Below the pieces are notes generated by a model. The model saw only the letters and a list, made by a program, of their open reading frames with translations, searched no databases and was not told the origin of the DNA. From the human T2T-CHM13v2.0 reference genome, Homo sapiens: a DNA stretch of 64,000 nt. The stretch lies in NCBI RefSeq assembly GCF_009914755.1, contig NC_060944.1; one strand, given 5' to 3'. Shown in pieces: positions 40,633 to 52,852 of the stretch. Made by a program: the position numbers and the translations under genes. Numbering within the stretch: position 1 is the first letter of the stretch; each line of letters opens with the position of its first letter.

Positions 40633-41354
40633 CTAGAGAATGAGCTCCACAACACCAGTAGAATTTAAATAAAATCAAAGCGAACAGTATTTTGTATGGT
40701 TACTTTGCATTTTCATTAGTATTAATAACCAGTCTTCCTTTAGCAAGATAGAATTATCTCTCAGGCCCTTCTTCCCATCTTTGCCCTTTGGTTATTTTGC
40801 ATTTAATACATTTCAGAAATTATTGCCAGATATTCTCACATTTTGTTTACAGTGCTGTGCCTTGAAAAACAGATTCTGTTTTTCCACCATATATATACAG
40901 TGAGATGTGTGGTAGAGAGGACACATGTGGGTGTTTAAGGAAGCCCCTCCAGTATGTCTCCAATGGTCAGTGGGCCTGGTGCACTCTTTCAAAAGCAAGT
41001 ACTGAGACCTCTTTTTGGATCAGACTGATTCATGCAGTTTTTAAGGGGATGCCTCAAGGTGGAACTGACTCAGTGGTGCTTTGTTCTCCAAAAACAGAAG
41101 GAAAGCAATTAAAGCTCCAGAGCTTTCCATGGCACTGGGTTGATGCTGGCCTGCAGCAGACCCCTTTGTCCAGCTCCTTCCCTTTCTTTTCCTGCTTCTC
41201 TTGCTCCCGTGAGAGCCTTCCCTCAGCAAACCATTGCCCAAGGGCACCCATCTAGGGCTCTGCTGCTAGAAAAATTGTCCCAAGGCAGTTAGTTGTTATC
41301 TTCTTTGCTGATCAGAAAATAGGCAATCAGTTTAGGTAAATGGCTTTTCCACAG

Positions 41355-41432
41355 TCATACAAGTAGACAGTAGTAGAATAGGTCCTCTGCTTATCATACA
41401 AGTAGACAGTGGTAAAATAGGTCCTCTGCTTA
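41355..41432. repeat. 39-bp tandem duplication
   Basis: tcatacaagtagacagtagtagaataggtcctctgctta x2, 2 mismatches. Confidence 0.9.
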
Positions 41433-41547
41433 TCCATCAAGTTCTGCTTTCAATCCTCTGCCATGCCTGTCACAATCCATTACATGGGCTGCTCCCTGTA
41501 AGGCAGCCAGTGGCTCTGGGCTTAATCCAAGGGAGCTGGGTTCTGAG

Positions 41548-42120
41548 CAGGCCAGACCCCAATACATGCAGGGTCCAGACCAAGAGCACAAATGGAAACC
41601 CACATGCATGAGTCCAAATATTTTAAAAGTATAAATAAAGCAAACAAATTACTAAATAAAATATATTCTACCTTCTCGCCTGCTTAAATATACCTTTACA
41701 AAAATCTGAAAAGCCAGGTTTAATTTAGAATTCTCAGACTCCTTGGAGTTCCACAGCAAAAGGGATGGAGTGGGGCAAGCTGGCTCAGCTCCCCACCATT
41801 TCCCACACTGGCTCTGGTCCTGTCCTACAATGTGAAGGACTTGTGTACACATACTGACATTCTAAATGTTCACACCTGCCAATGGCAGCCATACCTTGGT
41901 CACACCTTCGCATCAGAATGCACACAAAAGTGGATATGGCCACTGAGCAGAGAATTCTAGGGTTCTGGGTACCTGAAATGTATGTACAGACTCCAGTTGG
42001 GCAGTTCTCTTGGGATCACGGATTTCATGACTTGTAGTCTGGGACAGTCATAGCTGGAGGGTCCTCTAGATCATGGATCCCAGGACAGGGCTTCCTTTGC
42101 CCCCAGCCAAGGTTATACTG
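41548..42120. mobile_element. Old hAT-like DNA transposon remnant (MER96-like, uncertain)
   Basis: 'gagcacaaatggaaacccacatg...gtccaaatattttaaaagtataaat...tttaatttagaattctcagactccttggagttcc'. Confidence 0.4.
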
Positions 42121-43845
42121 CTCCTCTAGCTACATCATTGTGGCCAAGTCACCCTCCTTGGTGGTCAGTTTCCACATCTGTAAGCGAGGGCATCGGATTA
42201 TACAAGCTCAAGGTCCTTTCTTGCCATGAAGGAATGTGATTCTGTTGCCTTGTCCGGACATGAGACTGGCCATTTAAGAAGAGCAATCATTCCCTAAACA
42301 AACTTGTATAAACAAAAGCAATGGGGGAATGTCTTATAGTCAGTAAGTAGATGACTTAGAGGAGAGCCACCAAGCCATGAACTTCCTGTGGAATCAGCCC
42401 AGCATCTTGGGGTGAGCACTGCTTCTTGTTTCCAAGGCATGTGTTTCATGTTCAGCAGTTGCTGCCCAACTGCTGTCCTGCAGAGGGAGCATGCGAGCAT
42501 TTGGCTCCCTCCATGTATCCTTGGATGGGATCAGAGCTGGTGATGTGGTTTGAAAGAGGAATGCTCATTTCAAAACAGAACTAAAACGCAGTATTCTGAT
42601 AGCTTCACTTTAATATTAAAGGCATGCCCATCAATATTTCATGTTAATACACTAATTAATATTTAAACCTGTTAGGTTAATCCTTGAGTAACATTTTTAT
42701 TTTCACAAAAGTTTCCCCAAAGTTGATGTATTTGCTTTATTAAAGTCAATCATACATGTCAGCAAAAACCTTGCCAGTGTTACCGGGAAATTATGTGGGC
42801 AGGACCGTTAACCAGGGAAGATAATGTGGTGAGACTCTGAGCACTGGGACTGTTCTTGAAGTCCAGGAGCATGAATGTACAAGAGAGGAATGGAAAGAAT
42901 CAAGTGTGGCATGCAAGAGCCACTGATCTGTGGCTGATGTGGTCACCTCTAGCCACTTATCAAGTAAATGGCCTGCAGGTGGCCTGAGGAATACAGATGC
43001 CTGTACTCTAAATTAAGTGGATGATAACATTGCTTTGCCCTCTGTACAAAGTCCCAGCTGTGTCATGGATGAAGGGGCTGCATGAGGGATGGCTTTATTG
43101 AACAGAAGACAGTGGAAAGGCATTTGGAATAATACAGTTCAGTGGTATTCAAGCCCTCCTCAAAAAATTTGCCTCTAGGGCAGGGTCAAGGAACAGGGAG
43201 TATAGGCTGTTTGCGATGGAGGAGAGGGCATTAGAGTAGCCAATATGTCTGCAAGAAATGCCACTCCATTTGCATCAGTTTTAAATATTGGACCTTCTGG
43301 CAGGATATATTGTTCTGAAGAAAGAGCTTCCACTGCTTGAAATGAAAGGTTGAAGTTCTCTGGCTTTTTTTTTTTTTCAACTTTCTAAAAAGGCAATTGA
43401 ATCTTATAGAAGGGAAATAAAATTGCTGGTTACGTAGCAAGTAGTAGGTTAGAATGTCTGATCATGAGTGGAAAGGACTGAGCCTAATGAGAGAGTTTGT
43501 GCATTCCTATGTGTTTATGAGTGTGTGTGTACAAAAGACTCACCTGGTGATCTTGTCCAGCATTGGGTTTTTCCTTCTGCAAGACTGTTTGTTTCTTGGC
43601 CTCTGCACAGAGATGCAGTGAAAATTGGAGGATATGATGGGCAACCGCATTAACAGTGCATTTTCATTACCATTTGTATTTAGGTGTTTTCAGAGACTCT
43701 GCAACCTGGACAGAGCTTAAGGAGGCCTCTGGGTCCAACCTACTTCTGAGCCACGGAAGACAAGTGTGAGCAGTCTTATCCTTAATCACCCTCCAGGGCT
43801 GAGGGGACGCAGCTAAGGCCAGTGCTCACTGGACTCCTTTAGATA

Positions 43846-46252
43846 CAGGTACAGCTCGTTTTACTGGGCTTCACTTTCTTGAGCTTCACTGACATTGCCT
43901 TTTTTGTTTGTTTTTTACAAATTGAAGGCTTGTGGCAGCGCCACATCAACCAAGTACAAGTATATCCAAGTATATCCACACCATTTACCAGCAGCAGGTG
44001 CTCACTTCATATCTCTCTATCATATTTTGGTAATTATCATAATACTTCAAACTGTTTCATCATTCTTATACCTATTACTGTAATCTGTGATCATTAATAT
44101 TTGACGTTACTTTTATCATTGTTGTTGGGAACCACAAACCACACCCATGTGAGACGGCAAACTCACATCGTTAATGTTGGGAGTGTTCTTACTGCTTCAC
44201 TGACTGGCCTTTTCCCCGTCTCTCTCCCTCTCCTCGGGGCTACGAATTCCCTGAGACCCAGTGACGTTAAAATCAGGCCAATGAACCACCCAACAATGGT
44301 CTCTAAGTGTTCAAGTAAAAAGAAGAGTTGTACATCTCTCATTTTAAATCAAAAACTAGAAATGGTTATACTTAGTAAGGAAGGCAGGTTGAAAGCTGGG
44401 ATCGGCCAAAAGCTAGGCCTCTTGCAAGAAATTAGCCACACTGTAAATGCAAAGGAAAATTCTAGGAGGAAACTGAAAGTGCTACTCCAGGGAACACAAA
44501 AATGATAAGAAAGAAAAACAATCAAATTGCTGATATGGACAAAGTTTTAGTAGCCTGGATAGAAAATCAAACCAGCCACAACATTCCCCTAAGCCAGAGC
44601 TTAATCCTGAGCAAGACCCTAATTCTCTTCAATTTTATGAAGGCTGAGAGAGGTAAGGAAGCTACAGAAGAAAAGTTGGAAGCTAGCAGAAGTAAGTTCA
44701 TGAGGTTTAAGGAAGAAGTCACCTACAAAACATACAAGATGAAGCAGTAAGTACTGATATAGAAGCTGCAGAAGTTATACAGAAGATCTAGCTAAGATAA
44801 ATGACGAAGGTGGCCGCACTAAACAATAGATTTTCATTGCAGATGAAACAGCCTTCTCTGGCAAGAAAATATCATCTAGGGCTTTCATAGCTAGAGAGGA
44901 GAAGTCAATGCCTAGCTTCAAAGCTTCAAAGAACAGGCTGACTCTCTTGTTAGGGGCTAATGCTGCTGGTGACTTTAAGTTGAAGCCAATGCTCATTTAC
45001 CATTCGGAAAAATCCTAAGGCCTTTAAGAACGATGCTAACTCTACTCCACCAATGCTTTATAAATGAAACAACAAAGCCTGGATGACAGCACATCTGTTT
45101 ACAGAATCACCTACTAAAAATTTGAAGTATACTTTTGAGACCTCCTGCTCAGAAAAAAATAAAATTCCTTTCAAACTGTTACTGCCCATTGATCAGAGAC
45201 CCTGGTCACCCAAAAGCTTTGATGGAGATGGAGATTAATGCTGTTTCCTTGCCTGCTAACACAACCTATTTTACAGTCAAAAACTGACTTCAACTTTCAA
45301 GTCTTATTATTTAAGAAATACATTTTGTAAGGCTACAGCTGCCATAGGTAGTGATTCTTTAGATGCATCTGGGCAAAGTAAGTTAAAAACCTTCTGGAAA
45401 TGATTCATCGTTTTAGATGCTATTCAGAACATTCATGACTCAGGGGAGGAGATGGAAATAACAATATTCACGGGAGATTGGAAGAAGTTGGTTTCAAACT
45501 TCATGGATGACTTTGAGGGATTCAAGATTTCAGTGGAGCAAGTCACTGCAGAAGTGCTGGGAATAATAAGACAACTAGAATTAGAAATGGACTCTGAAAA
45601 TGCACTCAATTGTTACAATCTCATGATAAAACTTGAATAGATGAGGAGTTTCATTTTAGGAATGAACAAATAATAGTTTCTTGAAATGCAAACTAATCCT
45701 GGTGAAGATGCTGTGAACATTGTTGAAATGACAACAAAGGATTCAGGACATTCCATAAACTCAGCTGATAAAGCAGTGGCAGGGTTTGAGAGGATTAACT
45801 TCAATTTTGTAAGAAGTTCTACTGTAGGTAGATGCTATTGAAATGTTATCAAACAGCATCACATGCTACAGAGAAATCTTTTCTGAAAGGAGTCAACTGA
45901 TGTGGCAAACTTCACTGTCGTCTTTTAAGAAATCGTCACAGCCATCCCAACCTTCAGCAGCCACCACCCTGATGAGTCAGCAGCCATCAACACTGAGGCA
46001 AGACCCTCCACCAGCAAAGATTATGACTTGCTCAAGGCCCAGATAATTGTTAGCAATTTTTTAGCAATAAAGTATTTTTAAATTAAGATATATACATTGT
46101 TTTTTTAGAAAAATGTGATTGCACACCACGTAGACTACAATGTAATGTAAACATATCTTTTATATGCACTGAGAAACAAAAATAAATCCTGTGGGATTCT
46201 CTTTATTGTGGTGGCCTGGAACCCACTCAGCAGTACTGCTGAGGTGCGCCTG
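43846..46252 (+). mobile_element. Full-length Tigger1 DNA transposon (2407 bp) with disrupted transposase
   Basis: TA then 'caggtacagctcgttttactg' at the left end, 'gaggtgcgcctg' at the right end; transposase pieces MVSKCSSKKKSCTSLILNQKLEM (ATG 44296), [56 protein letters not shown], with frameshifts and stops. Confidence 0.95.
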
Positions 46253-46270
46253 CCCGCGGCTGGGGCTCTG

Positions 46271-46284
46271 GTGCCCCCTGCTGC
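46271..46284 (-). promoter_or_regulatory. CTCF-like core motif
   Basis: Reverse complement GCAGCAGGGGGCAC vs consensus CCASYAGRKGGCRS (13/14). Confidence 0.55.
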
Positions 46285-47020
46285 TGGAATTCATCAGGGT
46301 CGTTTCCTTGTTGAATGAAGGGTTAGGATTTCAATATTAGATTCCAGGACACTGAAGGCTTCAGGAAAAGCAAAATAAATGCACTCCTGATAAGTTGCTC
46401 CCCACTGAGGGTTGGCTGGGATTATGATTGTCTTACTTTTTTGTGTTTTTCAGCATTTCACAAATAAAGACAAGACAGGATAAAGATAGAAAGTAATTTC
46501 CAATATTGCATTTGTATATGTGCTAGTTTTTCTCCCATGTTGAAAGGACTTTGCACAAAGTTGCCCTCCGAGACCAGCTCATGCTTCTAGAACCAACCCT
46601 GCCTGGACACCCAGCGAGCACTGCCTGGTTTGGATTTGAGCGCTCACAATTTCCTCTGCCCCAGTTGGGAGATTATAGGCTGTGCAGTTCACAGGAAAGT
46701 TTTGATTTCTGATACTTTAATTTTCCTTGAGTTTCAGGAAAACAAATGTGATATGAATGAGTGTTAACATATACCCTTATTGGCACAGTCAGAGAGGTGA
46801 AACTCTTGCACGAAGCTTGCCCCATGTGTCAATATTCCATGACTTCAGTTGAATAACTGTGTCTAAAAAACACACAATCAGCTACCATGTCAGCAGAAAA
46901 CAAAATGCTAACTTTTAGGCTTCCTCACCTCATCTCCTGCTTGCTAGAGATGGAGGAATTAGGGGTGGGGCAGGAAAACAAAGGAGCAACATGTTATAAA
47001 CTTGGCCTTTTTTCTCTAAG

Positions 47021-47492
47021 CACAGTCTAGGCCCAAAGCAGACCCAGGGCACAGTTCCTTCCAGGAAGCGTCATCGATGAGAAACTGGACTGTTACTTTC
47101 CACCCTGTGACTTTTCACAGGGTGGAGAAGTGAGGACGTTTCAGAATAAGGGAGCTTATTTTGCCTGGAAAAGAAAAGCTTGAGAGGAGATCATTTTTCA
47201 TTTTGACATTTCCCGGGGATATAGTACTGGCCTGGTATTGTTTCATTTCAGAGCTTGTCTAGAATGGAAAACAAACAAAAGAAATGAACCAAAAAAAAAA
47301 AAAATGAAAAGAAGGAAACCAAATAAACTCAGGCCCCAGAGAGAAGATCTGAACCAGGCCTGCAGCATGGTCAGTCTCTGGCCTCCCACACTCACTTCCG
47401 TGAGGCTGCCTGCAGGTCCAGCCAATTGGCTTGGGTGCCAAGAACACCCAAAAGAACACTCCAAGGCAGTGTTCTCAAGTTGATCCATCAGG
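47021..47492 (+). pseudogene. Gene A 472-nt exon
   Basis: 'ccttttttctctaag|' ... 'agg|gtaaac'; TV*AQSRPRAQFLPGSVIDEKLDCYFPPCDFSQGGEVRTFQNKGAYFAWKRKA*EEIIFHFDISRGYSTGLVLFHF...; 3 stops in 157 codons. Confidence 0.65.
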
Positions 47493-47706
47493 GTAAACAA
47501 AGTAATAAAACATGCTTTTATTTTTATCTCAACCTTTTAAATATTTTATTGTAATGCATATTTCACAAGGTATTGAGTACAAGGTATGCAGGGTACAGGA
47601 GTTTGTGGCCATCATTTATAAAGCACTAAGTAGACACATGGAGTGTGTTTCATCATAGCAGGATGTGATCAAACAGATTTGAGTCCTTGGTTTGGATGAT
47701 CACCTA

Positions 47707-48195
47707 TGACAAAGATTCTCTGCTTGACCAAACTTTAGTCAGTTTTCTGAACCTTCTCCTAGGGCTTCTGAACCTTCTCCTACACTTCCTTGTGACATCT
47801 GTTTTAGCAATCCCTGCTTTGTCAATTTAGCGAGAACTCCCCGCCCCTGATATCTGATCCCCCTCGGTGATATCTGATCAGGCTCACCATGCTCCACCAT
47901 CCCCCATGATGACCTATCACCCCGACCTACCTTCAGCAGGAATCCTGTGAGGTGGCTTAGCCAGAATCCCTGTACCCCTAAAGTAGCCTCTTAGTAATTG
48001 CCCATCCACTGACCCCTCCCCCTGGTCCTTGGCTATAAATTTCCACTTGCCTATGCTGTTTTCAGAGTTGAGCCCAGTCTCTCTCCCTCACTGCAAGATC
48101 CTTTGCTATTATCCCTGTGCCTGCCATGGCAGTCCCAAACAAAGTCTTCCTTACTGTGCTTTAACTAATGCCATTGGATATTTTTTTCTTTAACA
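47707..48195 (+). mobile_element. MER31-type ERV1 solo LTR inserted in a gene A exon
   Basis: 'tgacaaagattctctgcttgaccaaactttagtcag...ctttaaca'; 4-bp TSD ccta/cctg. Confidence 0.85.
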
Positions 48196-51068
48196 CCTGG
48201 AAAGTTGTGTGTGGTTTCCAGGGTTTCTCCAGTAGCCTAGAGCCATTTGGAATCACGAGAGTATAAGGTTGCCTCTACTAGGCCTGGCAACAGAGCCTCA
48301 AATATAAAAAAGATAAAGGGATTAGAAAGCCCCAGGAAGCAGGATTACTGCAGGGCATAGGGCCTGGCCTGCGGTGGGCAGGAAGAACCATGGTAATCAA
48401 CACATTGGTTGAGCAAATATGATTCTCCACCACTAATCCTTCATGCCATCATCTTACAAACAAACAAAAAAACAGGGAATATCAGTAGGATAGCTCTTGG
48501 CCATTCGTGATTGGACAGAGCAGCAATGCAAAGTCAAGTCAGTCTGCCTTTGCAACCTTCCCAAGTGCTTTCGGTACCCACTGCCTCATCACTGTCTCCT
48601 CCTGGCCCCTGGTGCCTCAGCGCCTGGCCTCCCAGGAATGTGCTTCATATAGCTGGCTTTTGACCCAAGGCCTGGGGTCCTCAAGGAGCCATTCTCCTGG
48701 GAGGCAGAGGCTGGGAGAGAAGATCTCTGAGGCCACAGTGTGGCCCTCCATGAAAAGGTTGGCTGCTCTTCTCAGCCTGAAGCCTCTAACCTTTTCCATC
48801 ACAAGCTCACTCAGCAGTAGCCCTGGCAGGAGGCTGCACCTGGCATTTGAGAGTGAAAGGGAAATAAATGCAACCATGTGCAAGCACAAACACACCAGAA
48901 GGAAGCAAGCCTCCCAGGGTGGAGGGAGCCTTTTTGCTGTGAGACAGTAGGGATGGAAGGCTATTTCAGTCTATTTTCTTAACCTGCTGCCATGGACTCA
49001 CTCCTCTGAAGTCTCCAGCCCACTCCTACATGGATAGGTCACCATGCAGGAATGGCCCTGTCTAGCACCCATCAATCATCAAGACCCCCTCCAATGGCTC
49101 ATCCCCAGACCTCTCCAGGCGCTTACACCAGCCTCCACGCCCAGAGCACATGGGCCACCCTCCGTTCTTCCACACATGGCTGTTGTGGTGTGTTTCTCAC
49201 TAGCTGTGTGTATTACAATGGCAGGAGCTTAGTCTTGTTCATCTTCTTACCATCTGGGCCTTGCACGATGTGTGGCACAAGATATGCAGATCCTCAGCCC
49301 ACATTTGGGGAATGAATGAATTGTCCACACATAACCTCAGAAAATTACTTTAAAATGTTTAGAATAATGACAGAAAGAGCAGCCATGAGGTCAGTGCAAG
49401 TTCCAAGTGGGGTGGTCGCCAGGACGGAAAGTCCCAAAGCAATGAGGCTGAGGAAGGGCAGAGCCCTGGTGAATCTGGAGGGGCAAATTTCCACAGCACT
49501 TCCCATGCTCCTGCATGTGGCAGCCAAGCTCACAGTGGAAAAATGCGGGGTGTCCTGACTTTCCTCTTCACAAAGTAACTCACAATCATGCTGCTTTTCC
49601 TGATGCATACCTCATTTGGGGTTCTAATTTTTTGTGGAGTGTAAGATGTACACAGGAAAGTGCAAAATCCAGAGTGAGCCTGATGTGAACAAAGTGAACG
49701 CATTCAGGTTACACCAGAAGGATAAAGGAAAAAAATGATATCAGCTGCTTCAAGTCCCCTTGTGTCTCTTCCAGGAACTGCCCCTCCAAGGGGTATCCTC
49801 ACTTCTCTCCACAGTGATTAATTTCAACAGTTGATCTTCAAGTCCTATGAACATGGGACTACGCAAATGTGCTCTCTTGTGTTTGGCTTCTTTAGCCCAA
49901 TAATATATCTACGATTCATGCATTTTGTGTCGTGTGAATGTTGATTGTTCATTCTCATGCTGTCTAGTATTCACTGGCAAATATACTGTTGGCAATTCAT
50001 TCATTCTCCTATGATGGAGCATTGGGGGTTTTGCATGTTCAGATATCTACAGTCTTCTAGGCACATGTGAACACATCCCTGGTGGGTGTGCATCTAGAAG
50101 CAAATTGCTAGTTTGTACATTTCCACTTCATAGACACTGCCAAACATTTAACAAGGTGTGATACCCGTGTTAATTAACCTTAGAGAAATGTCAATTGACT
50201 GTACAGAAAGATACATTACCGTTTCTCTGGGACTGCATAAGAATGCCGTTACTCCACATTTTTGCCACTCCTTGGTATTTTCCATCGTTTTCATTTTAGC
50301 CATTCTAATTATTTTTTACATTAAATTTTATTTTGAAATAATTATAGGTTCACATGCAATTGTAAGAAATAATACAGAGAGATCCTGTGTGTCCTTTACT
50401 TAATTTCACTTAAAAGTAGCATCTTGCAAAATGATAGTACAATATTACACGAGGATATTGACATTGATGCGGTCAGGATGCAAGGCATTTCCATCACCCA
50501 GGGACCCCTAATGAGGACTTTTTGTATAGCCACATCTACTTCCTTCCATCCCTAGTCCCTCCTCAGCCCTTCACGACCACCATCTGTCATCCATTTCTAT
50601 AATTTTGTCATTTCAAGAATGTTAAGTAAATAAAACCATACAATATATAATACTTCAGAATTTTTTTTGTTTCACTCAGTATAACTCTCTGAATATTCAT
50701 CCAGGTTGTTTCATGTATCAATATTTTGTTCCTTTTTATTGCTAAGTAGTATTTCATAGTACAGCTGTAGCAGAGTTTAACCATTCACCCATGAAAAGTC
50801 ATCTGGGTTTTTTCTAGTTTGGTGTTATTATGATTAAAGCTGTTATTAACATTTATATGAACATGTTTTTTGTGTGAACATAAATTTTAATTTCTCCAAG
50901 ATAAATTCCCAAGAGTATAATTGCTGGATCATATGGTAGTTTCATGTTTAGTTTTTCTTAAAGAACCTACCAAACTATTTTCCATGGTGGTTGTACCATT
51001 TTATGATCCCCCCTAGCAATGTATGAGTGGTGCAATTTCTCTGCATTCTCACCAGCAGTTGGTGTTAC

Positions 51069-51555
51069 TGTGGCAGGAGGTGGAATTCAACTTCAGTGGC
51101 AGGGCTCAGACACTGGACCAAATTGAGGACTGGCTAAAACAGGTCCAGGGTAGAAGTAGCTTTCCATAAGACACACCCTTCAGTGTGCCATGTCAGTTTA
51201 CCATTGCCGTGGCAACATCCAGAAGTTACCACCCCTTTCCATGGCAACCACCTGACACCCTCATCTTAGAAATTTCTGCATAAACTGCCCCCTTAATTTG
51301 CATATAATTAAAAGTGAGTATAAATATGAGTGCAGCACTACCTCTGAGCTGCTGCTCTGGACACACTGCCTGTGGGGTATCCCTGCTCTGCAACGAGCAG
51401 TACCTCTGCTGCTGCCATGCACTGCTGCTTCAATAAAAGTTGGTGTAAAAGTTGCTGTTTAACAAGTCCACTAGCTTGCCCTTTAATCCTTTTCTGGGAA
51501 GCCAAGAATCTCCCCAGGCTAAGTCCCATTTTGGGGGCTTGCCTGCCCTGCATCA
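51069..51555 (+). mobile_element. MER66-like ERV1 solo LTR
   Basis: TG...CA ends; 'cagacactggaccaaattgaggactggctaaaacagg', octamer ATTTGCAT at 51296-51303, TATA near 51319, AATAAA near 51432. Confidence 0.7.
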
Positions 51556-52024
51556 CTGTCACTGTTTTGTATTTTATCGACTCTGACAGGTGTGTATCGA
51601 TACCTCCTCATGGTTTTAATCACCATTTTCCTAACATCTGATGATGCTGAACACCATTTCATGGGCTTTTTTGCCATATATGAACTTTTAATGCCTTTTG
51701 TCCATTTTCTAATTGGGTTATTCCTTTTTACTATTGAGTTCTGATTTTTTTTTTAATTTAGATACTTGTACTTTCTTGAACATGCAGTTTGTGAGCGATT
51801 TCTCTCAATCTGTAACTTAGTCTTTTATTCTTTTAACAGGGTCTTTTGAAAAGTAGAAGTTTTTAATTTTAATGAAGTCTAGTGTAACAATTCTTACTCT
51901 TATGGACTGGGCTTTTGGCTTTTGGTGTCTTTGCCTAGTCTTACATGTAGAAGATTTTCTATTTTTTCCCAAAAGTTTATTGTAGTTTTATTTATTGTTT
52001 TACGTTTTACATTTAAGTCAGTAA

Positions 52025-52333
<309 letters not shown>

Positions 52334-52671
52334 TATTTTTATATAAAATGTAAAGCTGAGGTCAAGGCTCTTATTTTTCTTTTGTTAAGGATTTTTGGTG
52401 TTTATTATAAGGGATTTTGGCAGTTTTCTTTAGTTTTTTTTTTGTACTATCTTTGATTTTTATGTTACAGAAATATTAGCTGTATTAAATGGATTGGGAC
52501 ATGTTTCCCCCTCTTTTGTTTTCTGGAAGAAGTAATATAGAATGTTGATTCTTTTATAACATTTGGTAGAATTCTTCACTGACATCATCTGGTCCTGGTT
52601 ATTTCTTTTGGGGTTTTAAAATTATGAATTCAATTTCTTTGGTAGTTTAGGCCTATATGAATTATCTACAA

Positions 52672-52852
52672 TAGTATTGTTCCCCTCTTATCTGTGAAGG
52701 ATATATTCCAAGACCCTCAGTTGATTCCTGAAAGCACGGATAGTACTGAATCTTATATATATTATGTTTTTCCCCCTGGTACATACATACACATGATAAA
52801 GTTTCATTTATAAATTAGGCACAGTAAGACATTAACAACAATAACTAATAAT
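52672..52852 (-). mobile_element. MER44/Tigger7 fragment
   Basis: 'cccctcttatctgtgaaggatatattccaagaccctcagttgattcctgaaagcacggatagtactgaa...aaattaggcacagtaag'. Confidence 0.75.

Larger units (their letters stand above)
32720..43602 (-). pseudogene. Candidate decayed multi-exon gene B with zinc-finger-like remnants; parent unidentified
   Basis: Candidate exons 43602-43544, 41265-~40704, 40632-40411, 40061-~38732 (split by MLT/L1), 38379-38260, 37938-37861, 37659-36576, 35608-35468 and 33243-(33140 or 32720). They are AG/GT bounded, mostly phase-compatible and stop-poor. Confidence 0.55.

Noticed and set aside
44101-45640. Transposase-like ORFs as a domesticated TIGD-type gene
   Set aside because: Multiple frameshifts and stops inside an ordinary Tigger1 copy
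48507-48950. 147-aa + ORF and overlapping 92-aa - ORF with RLRRAANLFMEG, reminiscent of a Gla propeptide junction
   Set aside because: No Gla Glu/Cys pattern follows, and the segment does not fit either exon chain. It remains a weak exon candidate only
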